64,000 nt of DNA from a virus (IMGVR_UViG_3300027704_003324:64001-128000), one strand, 5' to 3'. Shown: positions 1 to 10,559, numbered from the stretch's first letter. Translations and numbers: made by a program. The notes: generated by a model from the letters alone, not told the origin.

Positions 1-1229
1 TTAGTATCCATTTTAAGATTATAAGTCATACCATCTTGCCCGTATCTGTTCTTCATAACGTGCCATCTACCTGTACCTAGTACTTTATCTTCTTTCATTC
101 TAGATAAAGAGAAACACATATCCGCTACCATCATCTTATCGTAAGAACCTGCTGCCTTATCTCCTTCAATTACTGAATCTTTAGCTCCCATACGGTTAAC
201 CTGAGATGGAGTAATGATTGGTATCTTTAATTCTTTTGCTAATCCTTTAGTAGCAATAAATACATCATCAATTTCGTCTTTACGTTCGTTATATTTACCT
301 TTAGAAGGAGCTCTTAAATAGTCCACATAGTCAATTACTATCATATCTGGTTTATGATCCATATCCATACATTTCTGTACGTGAGATTTTATAGTATTTA
401 CTGTAGCCCCTTTAGGTGGGTATTCTTTTACTATTAACTTACCTTTTAATCCGTCTACTAGTATTTGAACTTCATCTCTATGTTTATTTACTTCGTCAAT
501 TGAATGACCAGTAAAATAACAATCAAATCTCTTACCAACATAGTCTTCTCCTAATTCTAAGGTATAGTAGTTAACATTATATCCCATCTTGACTGCATGT
601 GCTGCCATTGCTACACAAGTCCAACTCTTACCTCCTCCAGGATTACCAAAAACTATTGCTAAATCACCTGGACCGAATCCACCTTGAATACCTGCATTTA
701 ATTCAGGCCATGGAGTTGGTATAGTAGGTCTATAGTCTTCTCTATAACGAGTTTCTACATCTTTATTATACTCATGACCCATATTCTTATCCATACCTGC
801 TTTCATGGCTTTTTCGATCTGGTTTCTAATACCATCGAAATCTCCATCTTTTAATAAGTCGGTAGAATTTAAGATTGCGGCTTTCATTTCTTGATTCTTA
901 CAAAAAGTAGTAAACTCTTCCTGTATATACTCTAGATCATCTTGTGAAGCTTCGTAAGAGTTTCTAAGCTCTTCTTTTAATGCAACTACTAGTACCTCAT
1001 TTTCAACCTTTTGAAGTTCTACTTTAAGAACATCCATTGTAATGTTTGTATGGTAATTGTCAAAGTAACTAATTATTTGACTTATAATCCACTTATGTGA
1101 ATCTGCGTCAAAATATCCTTCTTGAAGGACGTCTCTTACATTAAGTAAGAACGTTTTGTCGGTCAATAAGGATCCTAATACTTTTAATTGGAACCCCTTC
1201 CCGTACTGCTGTAGCGATTTTAATGTCAT
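1..1229 (-). CDS. DnaB/T4 gp41-like replicative helicase (runs off the left edge; not in the ORF track)
   Basis: Manual translation from the ATG at 1229 gives MTLKSLQQYGKGFQLK..., with Walker A GNPGGGKS, YTLELGE, Walker B IVIDYVD, PIITPSQVNR and KNRYG, which are SF4 helicase motifs. Confidence 0.93.
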   Translation of the reverse strand, partial: MTLKSLQQYGKGFQLKVLGSLLTDKTFLLNVRDVLQEGYFDADSHKWIISQIISYFDNYHTNITMDVLKVELQKVENEVLVVALKEELRNSYEASQDDLEYIQEEFTTFCKNQEMKAAILNSTDLLKDGDFDGIRNQIEKAMKAGMDKNMGHEYNKDVETRYREDYRPTIPTPWPELNAGIQGGFGPGDLAIVFGNPGGGKSWTCVAMAAHAVKMGYNVNYYTLELGEDYVGKRFDCYFTGHSIDEVNKHRDEVQILVDGLKGKLIVKEYPPKGATVNTIKSHVQKCMDMDHKPDMIVIDYVDYLRAPSKGKYNERKDEIDDVFIATKGLAKELKIPIITPSQVNRMGAKDSVIEGDKAAGSYDKMMVADMCFSLSRMKEDKVLGTGRWHVMKNRYGQDGMTYNLKMDT

Positions 1230-1257
1230 TGTTTATAACCTGTTTTAATTATACTTA

Positions 1258-1286
1258 AATATACGATTTATTATTGTCTTATACAA
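1258..1286 (-). promoter_or_regulatory. Bacteroidota-type -33/-7 promoter upstream of the helicase
   Basis: Minus strand reads TTG-N20-TATATTTA; one of 8 copies with conserved spacing. Confidence 0.7.
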
Positions 1287-1310
1287 GCTAAATCGAATAA
1301 AAGAATACTA

Positions 1311-2342
1311 TTATTTGAAGACTGTTAAGCTTCTAAAATTCTCTAACCATCCTTCAGTATTTTTTGTAATACCTTCTATCTGGTCTTGTTCTAGCAAGTG
1401 TAAAAAAGCTCCTGTTTGTAAATCCGGAACATTTCCACGTATTATGTTGTGTACTATATCTTTTTCTTTTTCATCTAAAGAAGACTCATGTAAGTCCATT
1501 AGAGTATAGTTAGTTTCAACACGATCCCATTCAGTAATGATTTTAGGAAAGATCTTTTTTACTTTTGGATCCTCTAATTTTTTAGCACATACATCATAGA
1601 CATATTCTAAAGTAGTTCCCGGTTTATTAACTAAGTCTGGGAATTCTTTTATGATTGTTTTTATACCTAATCCTTTAACACCTGCTAAATTATCTGAATT
1701 ATCACCTAGTAAGGCTTTAACTACGTTATAATTTCCAGGGAGTACTTTTAATTCTTCTTCAATATTTGCTGCCGTAAAGACTTTTTTCTTAATTGGAGCA
1801 TATACCTCTATTTCATTATTTACTAACTGTAAAAAATCTTTATCTGAAGAAACAATTGTAACCTTTTTACCGGATGCAGATCCTTTTTGTGCTAAGTACG
1901 CTATTATATCATCTGCTTCTAGTTTTTCCATAACCATAGACTGTACTGGTAGGCATTCTAGGTAGTCCTGTGTTCTGTGTAACTGTCCTATTAAAGCTTC
2001 CATCTCTTCTGCTTTAGAATCGTATAAGCCCCAATGAGTAATTCTTGATGTAGCTCTTTGAGCTTTATAATTAGGGTCTATATTCTTTCTATTAGCTGAT
2101 CCTCCTTTTCCGTCCCAAATAATTACTACCCTTGTAGGGTTAAATGTCCTTGTAACAAATCCTAAAGACCTTAAGAATCCAACCGTACCACCTATATGGT
2201 GGCCGGTCGGGTTCATCGCCTTGAGTAGAGAGAAACTACGAATTAACATATTCATAGCATCTATGACCAATATATGATCATTTAACTCTCGAGGAGGGGT
2301 TTCTTTAAGGTTTTCTAAAATACTTTGTTGTAGTTTGTTCAT
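1311..2342 (-). CDS. 5'-3' exonuclease / flap endonuclease (PolA N-terminal domain / T4 RNase H-like)
   Basis: VIDAMN, NYKAQR, EADDIIA, IVSSDKDFLQL and LLGDNSDNLAGVKGLGIKT (H3TH) motifs. Confidence 0.93.
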   Translation of the reverse strand: MNKLQQSILENLKETPPRELNDHILVIDAMNMLIRSFSLLKAMNPTGHHIGGTVGFLRSLGFVTRTFNPTRVVIIWDGKGGSANRKNIDPNYKAQRATSRITHWGLYDSKAEEMEALIGQLHRTQDYLECLPVQSMVMEKLEADDIIAYLAQKGSASGKKVTIVSSDKDFLQLVNNEIEVYAPIKKKVFTAANIEEELKVLPGNYNVVKALLGDNSDNLAGVKGLGIKTIIKEFPDLVNKPGTTLEYVYDVCAKKLEDPKVKKIFPKIITEWDRVETNYTLMDLHESSLDEKEKDIVHNIIRGNVPDLQTGAFLHLLEQDQIEGITKNTEGWLENFRSLTVFK

Positions 2343-3412
2343 TAATCTAAGATTCCTTTAGTAATAACTTCTTCTTCTAAATCTCCTTCTTCAATAAGAT
2401 CGAAATCTATACTACCAACTAGCTTTAACCAATGCTCTTTATGTGCATCTCTATACTTGTCAATAGCTTTTTTATCATCTGGTATAAAACCATGTGATGT
2501 CATTACTACTTTTCCTCTCGATTGTACTCCTCCAATATGATTCTTCTCAACTTGAATATTAGTACGTTTAGCAAACTCTACTTGTAGGCCATTTTTAACA
2601 GCTTTAATCTTAGATGTTCCCGGGTTAGTAATGTTTCCAAAAGTTACTACTAATGTTGCATCATACCACATTGACATTCCTCCTTTATTCTGTAATTTAG
2701 GTTGTCCCATTGGATGTTCTGGTTTCATGGTCCAAACTTTATTAATAGCTACTAACGTATTAGTATAGGGACTATTTTCCTTACGAGATAATAGTATTTT
2801 CTGGTTTAAATTATTACCAAATTGAGTAGACATAGCTCCTGCATTCCATTCATTATTGTTCTTATTAGAACGTACTGATAAATCACAAGGTATAGATCCA
2901 ATTGAATCCCAGAAGAAACACATATCGTGAGGTAGATTACCTTTTGATTGCTCATCAATTAGATCAGCCATATGTACTGCTACTTCTTCAATTGTATTTA
3001 ACGTACCTCTGTCTGCGTATAAGAAAAAGCCTTCATAATCTGTTACATTACCATTTTCGTCTTTAACTTCATCAAACTGTAAGCCCATCTCTTTAGCATG
3101 CTCCCAAGACCATTTCATCTCTGAAATTATAAATACTGGTAGTATGCCTAGCTTTTGAGAATTAACTGCTGCTTCTAATAATGCAGTTGTTTTTCCGGTA
3201 TCACTGTGTCCACGTAATAATGTAATGTGACCAGTAGGTATCCCAGGTAGAGACGTAATATCTTGGTAAGCATCAGAAAGAGGTATCCATCCTTGTTTCT
3301 TAAACTTAACCGAAGAATTCGAAAATCCTTTCTTCTTTTTAAAGTTTCCTAAGTTAAAACTCTTCTTCACAGCCGCACTCGCGGCCTCTTGAACTTCTTT
3401 CTTTTTTGCCAT
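2342..3412 (-). CDS. RecA/UvsX-like recombinase
   Basis: Walker A GHSDTGKTT, Walker B-like FFWDSIG, KGG motif and VEKNH; adjacent to the SSB gene. Confidence 0.85.
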   Translation of the reverse strand: MAKKKEVQEAASAAVKKSFNLGNFKKKKGFSNSSVKFKKQGWIPLSDAYQDITSLPGIPTGHITLLRGHSDTGKTTALLEAAVNSQKLGILPVFIISEMKWSWEHAKEMGLQFDEVKDENGNVTDYEGFFLYADRGTLNTIEEVAVHMADLIDEQSKGNLPHDMCFFWDSIGSIPCDLSVRSNKNNNEWNAGAMSTQFGNNLNQKILLSRKENSPYTNTLVAINKVWTMKPEHPMGQPKLQNKGGMSMWYDATLVVTFGNITNPGTSKIKAVKNGLQVEFAKRTNIQVEKNHIGGVQSRGKVVMTSHGFIPDDKKAIDKYRDAHKEHWLKLVGSIDFDLIEEGDLEEEVITKGILD

Positions 3413-3416
3413 AAAT

Positions 3417-4211
3417 TTACTCGTTAAATAAGTCGTCGAACTTGCTTACTGTGTCCTGATTACCTGCAGATGCAGTTTCTAATGTAAAGTCACTTTCCGT
3501 CTTTGCTACTGCTGGTGCAGGAGTTGCCGATGGAGAAGGAGCTGATGCCGGTACTGCATTAGGATCCAAATACATTTGTAATTGTTTCTTAATATAGTTG
3601 TAATCATACTCGTTGTGAACTTCTTCAGGGTTTGGTTGACTCTTTAACCAGATATCTACTTCATCAGCTTTCTCTGACAATCCACTACTATTACGTTTTG
3701 GTCGTACTGATGTTTCTGGGTAAGGATTCCCTTGAGCCATGGTAAGAGTTAAGTCTGTACCGTTTACTGGGTCTGTAATATCACCGTAATCTTCATCAGC
3801 AACGATTGCCAATAGAGCTTTGTAAATAGTAATACCGAATCCCCATAGTCTTACACCTTTCTCTTCTTCACCTCTTACTAATACAGGAGCAAAGATACGA
3901 GTTTTAGGAGTTAATTTACCTGCTAGAGACCAATTGTCTTTATCAGATGTCTTTTTAAGTTCGGCTACGAACTCTTCTACTGGATCTTGTTTGCCAAAAT
4001 TCGATAGTGCTACCATCGGATACTTTCCTACACCGTAATGGAATTTCATTTCCTTAAAAGGCATAGTTGGGTTAAAGGCAGAAGGGACTAATCTAATAGT
4101 CTGCTCTCCAATACTTGGTTTCCAAAAAATCTTTGTGTAGTCTGTTTTTTCTCTCTCCTGACCATTAGAGTTTAAGGCTTCTAGTTTCGCCTTGATCGCA
4201 TTCAAATCCAT
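3417..4211 (-). CDS. T4 gp32-like single-stranded DNA-binding protein
   Basis: IFWKP...IRLVP, LWGFG, YGDITDPVNGTDL and an acidic C-terminal tail (SKFDDLFNE). Confidence 0.8.
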   Translation of the reverse strand: MDLNAIKAKLEALNSNGQEREKTDYTKIFWKPSIGEQTIRLVPSAFNPTMPFKEMKFHYGVGKYPMVALSNFGKQDPVEEFVAELKKTSDKDNWSLAGKLTPKTRIFAPVLVRGEEEKGVRLWGFGITIYKALLAIVADEDYGDITDPVNGTDLTLTMAQGNPYPETSVRPKRNSSGLSEKADEVDIWLKSQPNPEEVHNEYDYNYIKKQLQMYLDPNAVPASAPSPSATPAPAVAKTESDFTLETASAGNQDTVSKFDDLFNE

Positions 4212-4245
4212 ATAACTGTTTTTTAATTGTTTATAACTTATTATT

Positions 4246-4274
4246 AATATACGAAGAATATTTTAATTCTCCAA
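4246..4274 (-). promoter_or_regulatory. Bacteroidota-type promoter upstream of SSB
   Basis: Minus strand TTG-N20-TATATTAA. Confidence 0.7.
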
Positions 4275-4724
4275 CTCTACTATACGAAATAGTTTAGTAT
4301 TAATTCTTTTTAATTCTGGACCCTTTGTTAGGAGAACGCAATTCCTATAATCTGGCCAGTTTACTTTAAAGTTTTTATCCAATTCTCCGCCGTTTAACTC
4401 TTTTACAAGTGTATTTAGTGCATTAATTGTATATAATGTGTTAGATTCTTTCTTTCTATGTACTAAGATGGTATTCTCTATAAAATTAGATACGTTTCCG
4501 TAGTCCACGTTATATGTACATACATATTCATCTTGACTTTTAGAGTACAGTACGAAAATTTTGTTGTAAATGATTTTATACCTTTCTTGTATTTCTCTTA
4601 AAGTAGCATCTAAGGTGCCTTCGGTTGAGAAAGTACAGAATAATTTATTGCTCATGTCTTCATTAATAGTGATATCGTTGAGATCGTAATCAAAACGATT
4701 ATTAGTTCCTATAACATTTTCCAT
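4263..4724 (-). CDS. Hypothetical phage protein in the replication block
   Basis: 153 aa ORF with a TATTTATA motif at 4729-4736 directly upstream. Confidence 0.7.
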   Translation of the reverse strand: MENVIGTNNRFDYDLNDITINEDMSNKLFCTFSTEGTLDATLREIQERYKIIYNKIFVLYSKSQDEYVCTYNVDYGNVSNFIENTILVHRKKESNTLYTINALNTLVKELNGGELDKNFKVNWPDYRNCVLLTKGPELKRINTKLFRIVELEN

Positions 4725-4747
4725 TTAGTATAAATATGTAATTAATT

Positions 4748-6073
4748 TTATAAAAGCAAGTTATTTCCTGCTTTATATTTAACGGGGTATTTGCCCCCTT
4801 GGTTTAAAATTTGTTCTAACTCTATTAGCAGTTCCTTTCCCTCTGATTTATCAACATCAAAAAGTAAAGAATCGTAAGTGAATAAAACTACAGTAGTCTT
4901 TTTATCTTTGAGGTACCTAAGTACATCTTTCAATATAAGAATATTTCTTGAGGTTTCCAAGCTTTGCATCATATAGTTCATAAGCTTAGCTGGATGCATC
5001 TCTCCTAACTTCTTTGTAAACGGTTTACCGGAGACTGGATTGCATACTTCTCCTATTTCTTCATATACCGACCACATATTATCTATAAATTCTTGAATCA
5101 ACTTAAATATCTTCAAATTTTTATGTTTATGAGGTATTTTACCGTATATAGCTTGAAAGTTAATCTGTTTAGCTTCTAAATATTGCTCTTCTGATATATC
5201 TTCAGTTCCAAAGTAATGTTTAGCTAATTGTTTATGTGCTGATTCATCTGTTAGTTCATATCCAATCTGTTCGCAAAGTAAACGAAGATGGTAGCCATCA
5301 AAATCAAATTCAACAAATTTATCATTCTGAGGTGTGAAACATTCTCGGTGTTCTTCAGTTTTAGGTATAGCTGCGAAATTAACACTATTAAAAGCATTAG
5401 TAGGTCGAGATGTTGCATTATATAAGTTATACGATGTATATACAGTACTGCCGTCTATGTTATATATGGGATCTTTTGGAGTAAAAGCCGCTTCAAACTG
5501 GTTATTACGTATACCGATGCCAGGTTGCTCTAATAAGTAAAATACATTTGTAGCTAAGTTATTATAAAACTCAAATCCAGAGGGTACTTTTAGGTTTATT
5601 ACTTTTTTAATTTGTTCGTAAGTTTCCTCACATTTCTCATATATCTTTGATATAGGAATGAGTTGATTAATTTGCTTTTTACCTTTATGTTTGTTGTAGT
5701 ACCAGTTGTAAGTAGAGTTTTTACAAGTTATCTCTAACCTATTATAATTTACCATTGAATATAGTAAGGATATGTCTATTGCTCCCTGTATATTAAAGTG
5801 GTATAGTAGCTCCTTCTTATCTTTGGTATATAGTGATTGTACACTGTTAAGAAGACGAGAGACACGTTCTTTATTTACATTAATACCTTCGTCGTGATTA
5901 ATTGGAATTATGTATCCGTGATGGCTTTTATGAAGTCTTATGTATACTGCTGTAGTTTGAGTTAATTTAGGATGGAATTCGTCATTACTAGATATTACTT
6001 CTACGTAAGCACCTAATTTCATTAACCTCTCTAAATTTTCGAGCTTACGCTCTTCCTCTATTATATAAAACAC
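4748..6073 (-). CDS. Divergent family A DNA polymerase-like protein (polymerase domain; no recognisable proofreading motifs)
   Basis: Motif A FVEFDFDGYHLR, motif B AKQINFQAIYG, NYMMQS and motif C LFTYDSLLFD; GTG start. Confidence 0.8.
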   Translation of the reverse strand: MFYIIEEERKLENLERLMKLGAYVEVISSNDEFHPKLTQTTAVYIRLHKSHHGYIIPINHDEGINVNKERVSRLLNSVQSLYTKDKKELLYHFNIQGAIDISLLYSMVNYNRLEITCKNSTYNWYYNKHKGKKQINQLIPISKIYEKCEETYEQIKKVINLKVPSGFEFYNNLATNVFYLLEQPGIGIRNNQFEAAFTPKDPIYNIDGSTVYTSYNLYNATSRPTNAFNSVNFAAIPKTEEHRECFTPQNDKFVEFDFDGYHLRLLCEQIGYELTDESAHKQLAKHYFGTEDISEEQYLEAKQINFQAIYGKIPHKHKNLKIFKLIQEFIDNMWSVYEEIGEVCNPVSGKPFTKKLGEMHPAKLMNYMMQSLETSRNILILKDVLRYLKDKKTTVVLFTYDSLLFDVDKSEGKELLIELEQILNQGGKYPVKYKAGNNLLL

Positions 6074-6101
6074 TTAATTATAACCTTTAATATTATACTA
6101 C

Positions 6102-6130
6102 AATATACGGACTTTTATTTAAACTACAAA
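6102..6130 (-). promoter_or_regulatory. Bacteroidota-type promoter upstream of the PolA-like gene
   Basis: Minus strand TTTG-N19-TATATTG. Confidence 0.65.
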
Positions 6131-6652
6131 CTCATCTAATAGAAATAAGTAATTTTTTATTCCACTGACTTTATTATCTGCTGCTTTTATAGCTTTAATA
6201 TGTCTAGTTATAGCTCCGTAATATGTAATTCCACCAAACTTTGTATCCTCTGCTGGACCTTCTAGCCACCAGTTTAACTTAATAGTAGTATAGGATGGGT
6301 AGTTGGCTGCTTTAGTATGTTCTTTACTGTCCACTTCTACTATTTTACCACTTCTATTATCTTTTACAAAGTACCTAGTAAACTCTTTAGCAATATAGTC
6401 TTTTTTTGTTGGGGATACAACTGTTCCTATAGGTTTAGGTTCTTCTGATGTAGTGTTAAGGCTATTAAGATGTTCACTTTCAAATATTAATTCCTTTTTA
6501 ACATTAACTGGGTCGGTTCCTTCAAATAATTGTTTTTTAAAGGTAATAATGTACTGTCCATTGAAAGGTTTTAAAGTATCTTTATACAAGATAGCTTCAG
6601 ATCCTCCAGATGCTGTAAATGGTCCTTTATATTTTGATTTTGGTAAATACAT
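6119..6652 (-). CDS. Hypothetical protein, last gene of the baseplate operon
   Basis: 177 aa ORF with a 1-bp overlap with the upstream gene. Confidence 0.7.
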   Translation of the reverse strand: MYLPKSKYKGPFTASGGSEAILYKDTLKPFNGQYIITFKKQLFEGTDPVNVKKELIFESEHLNSLNTTSEEPKPIGTVVSPTKKDYIAKEFTRYFVKDNRSGKIVEVDSKEHTKAANYPSYTTIKLNWWLEGPAEDTKFGGITYYGAITRHIKAIKAADNKVSGIKNYLFLLDEFVV

Positions 6653-8817
6653 TAAAATTTGCCTTTTAGTACTATTGCTTGCCCTTCAATAGTTGTTATC
6701 CATTCAGTACCTATCTCATGTGAAATGTTTCCTATTCTAAATCCTACTTTAATTTTACCAAGGTACCAAGTTTCAGGTAAAAATTCTCTAGGAATAGTAA
6801 AATATTCAAGCATTTTTAAACCTGATATTCCTTTCATAGAAACTGTTAGTTTTCCTCCTACTGGTCCTCTCATACCGGTTTCACTTAGAGCTGCATCAGC
6901 ATCATTTATTTGCTTTTGTATTAAGCTAGTAAATTGAGAGGTAGTAGACGCTACAGCTTCGCTTGGGTAATGTCCTCCTGCATAGGCTTTTTCTAACGTT
7001 ACTAATGGATCTTCTTCCTCTTCTGGTGCATCTTCTTTTTTATCATTAGATACAGTAGCTTTTTTAGGGCCTTTCCATTTATGAGTTAATCCTTTATTAA
7101 AAGCAGATAGTCCAACTTGGGTGCTATTTGCAGCATCACCATCGTTAGCAATTGTTCCTGCTGTAATTAAGTTAATAAGATTCGCATTTAATTCGCTATT
7201 AATAGAAAAAGATTTCACTGTACTACCTAAACCCTGTGGTTGTATAAGTTGTATATCGTCTACATTCTGGTCTATTGATGCAGGAGTGTTAGTATCTACT
7301 AATCTGGATGGGCCTTCGTCAGATTTTAAGTTTGGGTCGAGCATTATACTAATATCGTTTACATACCCTAATGATCTTCCGATTTCTCTATTAATTTTAG
7401 TTAAAAAAGAACCCAAAGTACCAAAATCTGGATTTGTATTAAGTTTAAGTTCGCTTTCATATAAGTCTTTTACCCATCCTACTCGAATTAGTAACTCTAA
7501 TATATCACCTTGTTGATTTGACGGCCCACCTTTACTAGCTGCTGTTGTATCTATTATTCCATCGCTTTCAGTAACTCCACCGATCAAACAAATTGCAGGA
7601 TCATAGCTAAAATGGTCTGGGTATGTAGCGTATAGTTGCTGGTCTGGTGCTAAACCAAAAGAAGTATCTCCTTTACCTGCGTCTTCTCCTCCTTGTCTTG
7701 CTACAAATTGTAGGTTAATCAGGCCTAATAGGTGTTTATATTTTATATAACTAAATTGTCTGTTATCTCTTGATCTAAACCTAATTTGGTACATATCCAT
7801 CTCACCTGCATTCTCTTCTAAAGCATCAAACATATCTTTAGACTTTAATTTTGCTTCGAACTTAGCTTTATCAATGGTTTCAAGTTGTGGTTTTGATCTA
7901 TTTCTTTGAGGTGTTGAAGCTTTAATTGCTGCTTTATCTACAGCATCTAGAATTTCATAGAATTGACCATAGTTACTTTTAAATTTTTCTGCTTCATCTT
8001 TTTCTTCAGCTGTTATTGTCTCTGGTGGAGCCATTAACTGTTGCACTGCTAAGGATACACTTCCTTTACCCATTACTCTTACGTTAATATTGTAAGAAGA
8101 AGCTTCGTATTTCCAACTGTAGTTTGTTATAGTCCCCATCAAGTAGTCATAATTAAATCCAGAATCTTCTCTTAATTGGGAAGCCTCTTCTTTAATTTTG
8201 TATACACTGTTAGAAGTATCTGTTGATTGTTCATCAGTGGTACCCTCTGAAACTAAGTTTAATTTTGTATCAAATTTACCGGCTTTATTAATCTTCATTC
8301 CATGTCCCCATTCTATAAGCAATTGGAAACCTGGTCTACTAAAGTATTTTTCTAAGTAGTCAAATTGAGCTTTATTAAAACATTTAATGTCAAACTCTCC
8401 TGTTAATATAGCACCTGGTACTGCTCCTCCAAATTGAGAAATATTTAAATTATGTACCATAGGTGTTGGAGTAATACCGTACTTAGCATCATCTACTGTA
8501 TAAAGTGAATAGTGGTCAGTAAATAGTTTAGCTTCTGCATCGATACCTTGTCTATGACCTTGAAATTCGTCTGATGCTCCTCCAGACCCTAAAGTTATTT
8601 TAGTACACCCGTCTGTTTCTGACACTACTCCTGAGGTAATTCTAAAGTAAGGCGAGCTTCCATGAATCAGAGATTGTCTATCATTAGGATCAAGCTCACT
8701 TGGAGCATTTTCAGTAGAATTAGACATTACTGCCTCTCTATATTTTATTTGTTTTATTACCTCTTCATCTATGGTACTTCTACCTGGAACAGATGGTGTA
8801 GTGAATGCTTTTGACAT
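6652..8817 (-). CDS. Putative baseplate hub protein
   Basis: 721 aa, follows the LysM gene; LLIEWG motif and C-terminal F-x-I-x-x-I-S-H-x-I...W-x-T-x-I pattern resemble hub (gp27/gpD-like) proteins. Confidence 0.55.
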   Translation of the reverse strand: MSKAFTTPSVPGRSTIDEEVIKQIKYREAVMSNSTENAPSELDPNDRQSLIHGSSPYFRITSGVVSETDGCTKITLGSGGASDEFQGHRQGIDAEAKLFTDHYSLYTVDDAKYGITPTPMVHNLNISQFGGAVPGAILTGEFDIKCFNKAQFDYLEKYFSRPGFQLLIEWGHGMKINKAGKFDTKLNLVSEGTTDEQSTDTSNSVYKIKEEASQLREDSGFNYDYLMGTITNYSWKYEASSYNINVRVMGKGSVSLAVQQLMAPPETITAEEKDEAEKFKSNYGQFYEILDAVDKAAIKASTPQRNRSKPQLETIDKAKFEAKLKSKDMFDALEENAGEMDMYQIRFRSRDNRQFSYIKYKHLLGLINLQFVARQGGEDAGKGDTSFGLAPDQQLYATYPDHFSYDPAICLIGGVTESDGIIDTTAASKGGPSNQQGDILELLIRVGWVKDLYESELKLNTNPDFGTLGSFLTKINREIGRSLGYVNDISIMLDPNLKSDEGPSRLVDTNTPASIDQNVDDIQLIQPQGLGSTVKSFSINSELNANLINLITAGTIANDGDAANSTQVGLSAFNKGLTHKWKGPKKATVSNDKKEDAPEEEEDPLVTLEKAYAGGHYPSEAVASTTSQFTSLIQKQINDADAALSETGMRGPVGGKLTVSMKGISGLKMLEYFTIPREFLPETWYLGKIKVGFRIGNISHEIGTEWITTIEGQAIVLKGKF

Positions 8818-8823
8818 AACCGT

Positions 8824-9129
8824 TTATCTTTTTTTATTTAGAGACTCATATAATCCTACTATCTTTGATGGTGAACCTGGTATTCTAATCTGTATTCCTG
8901 GTGTAATTACTAATGAGTCTGAGTTTGCTGTTGGATTAGCTGTAGCTATTATCCACCATAATGATAAATCTTTATAGTATTGTTGTGCTAAAGTATCGTA
9001 TCTATCTCCAACAGTAGTAATAACATATATATCATCTTCGGATTCTGGAATATCAGGATATATAGCATTCTGAATGTATCTTCTTCCTTCTATTGTTTTT
9101 TCCTTCCCTATTGTGGTATATCTATTCAT
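8824..9129 (-). CDS. LysM-domain baseplate protein (gp53 / P2 gpX-like)
   Basis: TTVGDRYDTLAQQYYKDLSLWWIIATAN...PGIQIRIP LysM pattern. Confidence 0.8.
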   Translation of the reverse strand: MNRYTTIGKEKTIEGRRYIQNAIYPDIPESEDDIYVITTVGDRYDTLAQQYYKDLSLWWIIATANPTANSDSLVITPGIQIRIPGSPSKIVGLYESLNKKR

Positions 9130-9131
9130 TA

Positions 9132-10367
9132 TTACTGTAGATTAGAACCTATAAATCTTTGATCTCCTGTTTGTGGAGCAAATTCATGTATTAATGTTGC
9201 AGATACACTTACATCTAGAACATGAGGCAGTATACGTACATCTTCTTCTTTATCTTTACCGGCTTGTATTTCCCATGGGTAATCTTGTTGCCAGCTAAAT
9301 TGTACACTATTAATTAGTGCTGTTTGTTTATGCAAATAATCTCCTATAGTTAATCTAACTATTGTACCTCTCATATGAACTCCTGTTACAGAGTCGTTAA
9401 ACATATCACGACGTTCATCATCTTTAGTTGCAAACCTTAAATCTTGATATGTAGGTGCTGTAGCACCGGCTAAAAATTGTAGCTTTTCATACATCGGTAA
9501 TAACTCTGCTCTATGTAATGCTGCGCATTTAAAGCTGAAGTTAGATGATCTTTGGAAACCTCCATATTGGTATACTGATTCTGCTCTACCTGGGATAGTA
9601 GTTGGGTTCCAGCTTGCGTTATAAGAGTCGTCAAAGTTATCTAAGAAAGCATGAAATCTCATATAATTGTGACTTCCCTCTCCATCATACCCTATCGTCT
9701 GTATAACGAAAGGAATCATTTGATCGTCAAACTCTGTTGGTTCATCCTTTATAACTCCTTCCATGCCTACAGATGTACCTTCTGCAGTACCTGCTCTATA
9801 GTCTATGTAGGAACCTAATTTGTCCTCTACCTTAGCTAATTTTAATTTTTCAGCTTTTCTGATTCTACCTGATTTACCAGAGAATTTATGAACATCTAGA
9901 TCTCCTTTTCTAATCGACTTATCAAGAGCCCTTACTTCGTAACTCCTAAAGTCTTCTCCTTTTATCTCTTTAAGTCCTTTGTTAAGGTGTACCCCTAATC
10001 CATTAACTGCTGTTTGACCAATATTTGTTACAGCAGACGCTAATATATCTAATGCAGGTTGTAACACTAACTTAAACATAGAGCTATCCGTTGCAAAAGA
10101 TTCTTTTGATTGATTAGCTTGTATTAGTGCTCCAATTGCTTGTTTAGCTGCGAACTCTAGACCTGGACGTGCTACTACTAGCTTTGCCATTCTAACGATA
10201 TCGTCAAGTCTTTTTGATAGTAAGATACCTTGAACATCGAAAGTAGAATTTCTACCTCCTTTGCCTATCTTCTTAACAATCGCTGGCTTTGGCTTCGGAT
10301 TTGAATCCGATTTAAAGTCATTGAATTTAAGACTAGTTAAGTCTGATGTTAGGTCTCTTAATCCCAT
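9132..10367 (-). CDS. Baseplate / tail-tube initiator-like protein
   Basis: F-D-D-S-Y-N-A-S-W...GRAESVYQYGGFQRSSNFSF...RLTIGD...LPHVLDVS; immediately downstream of the tape measure gene. Confidence 0.6.
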   Translation of the reverse strand: MGLRDLTSDLTSLKFNDFKSDSNPKPKPAIVKKIGKGGRNSTFDVQGILLSKRLDDIVRMAKLVVARPGLEFAAKQAIGALIQANQSKESFATDSSMFKLVLQPALDILASAVTNIGQTAVNGLGVHLNKGLKEIKGEDFRSYEVRALDKSIRKGDLDVHKFSGKSGRIRKAEKLKLAKVEDKLGSYIDYRAGTAEGTSVGMEGVIKDEPTEFDDQMIPFVIQTIGYDGEGSHNYMRFHAFLDNFDDSYNASWNPTTIPGRAESVYQYGGFQRSSNFSFKCAALHRAELLPMYEKLQFLAGATAPTYQDLRFATKDDERRDMFNDSVTGVHMRGTIVRLTIGDYLHKQTALINSVQFSWQQDYPWEIQAGKDKEEDVRILPHVLDVSVSATLIHEFAPQTGDQRFIGSNLQ

Positions 10368-10370
10368 TTA

Positions 10371-10559
10371 TTATGCTGGTGCGTTATCTGAGTACTTTGC
10401 TGGAGTTGCTCCGTCTAAGTCTAATTCTGATGCTCCTGTTGCGATAGTCTGTCCATCTGCATGAGTTGTTGATTCTGGTAATGCTCCGCCAAATAACGCA
10501 GGTGTTTCTCCGCCAAGGCTTAAGTCTTTTTTAGTTGCTAGTAAATCTAATAATCCCAT
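10371..10559 (-). CDS. Small hypothetical (probably structural) protein
   Basis: 62 aa with an internal repeat (LSLGGETPA / LDLDGATPA); TATTTATA at 10587-10594 upstream. Confidence 0.6.
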   Translation of the reverse strand: MGLLDLLATKKDLSLGGETPALFGGALPESTTHADGQTIATGASELDLDGATPAKYSDNAPA

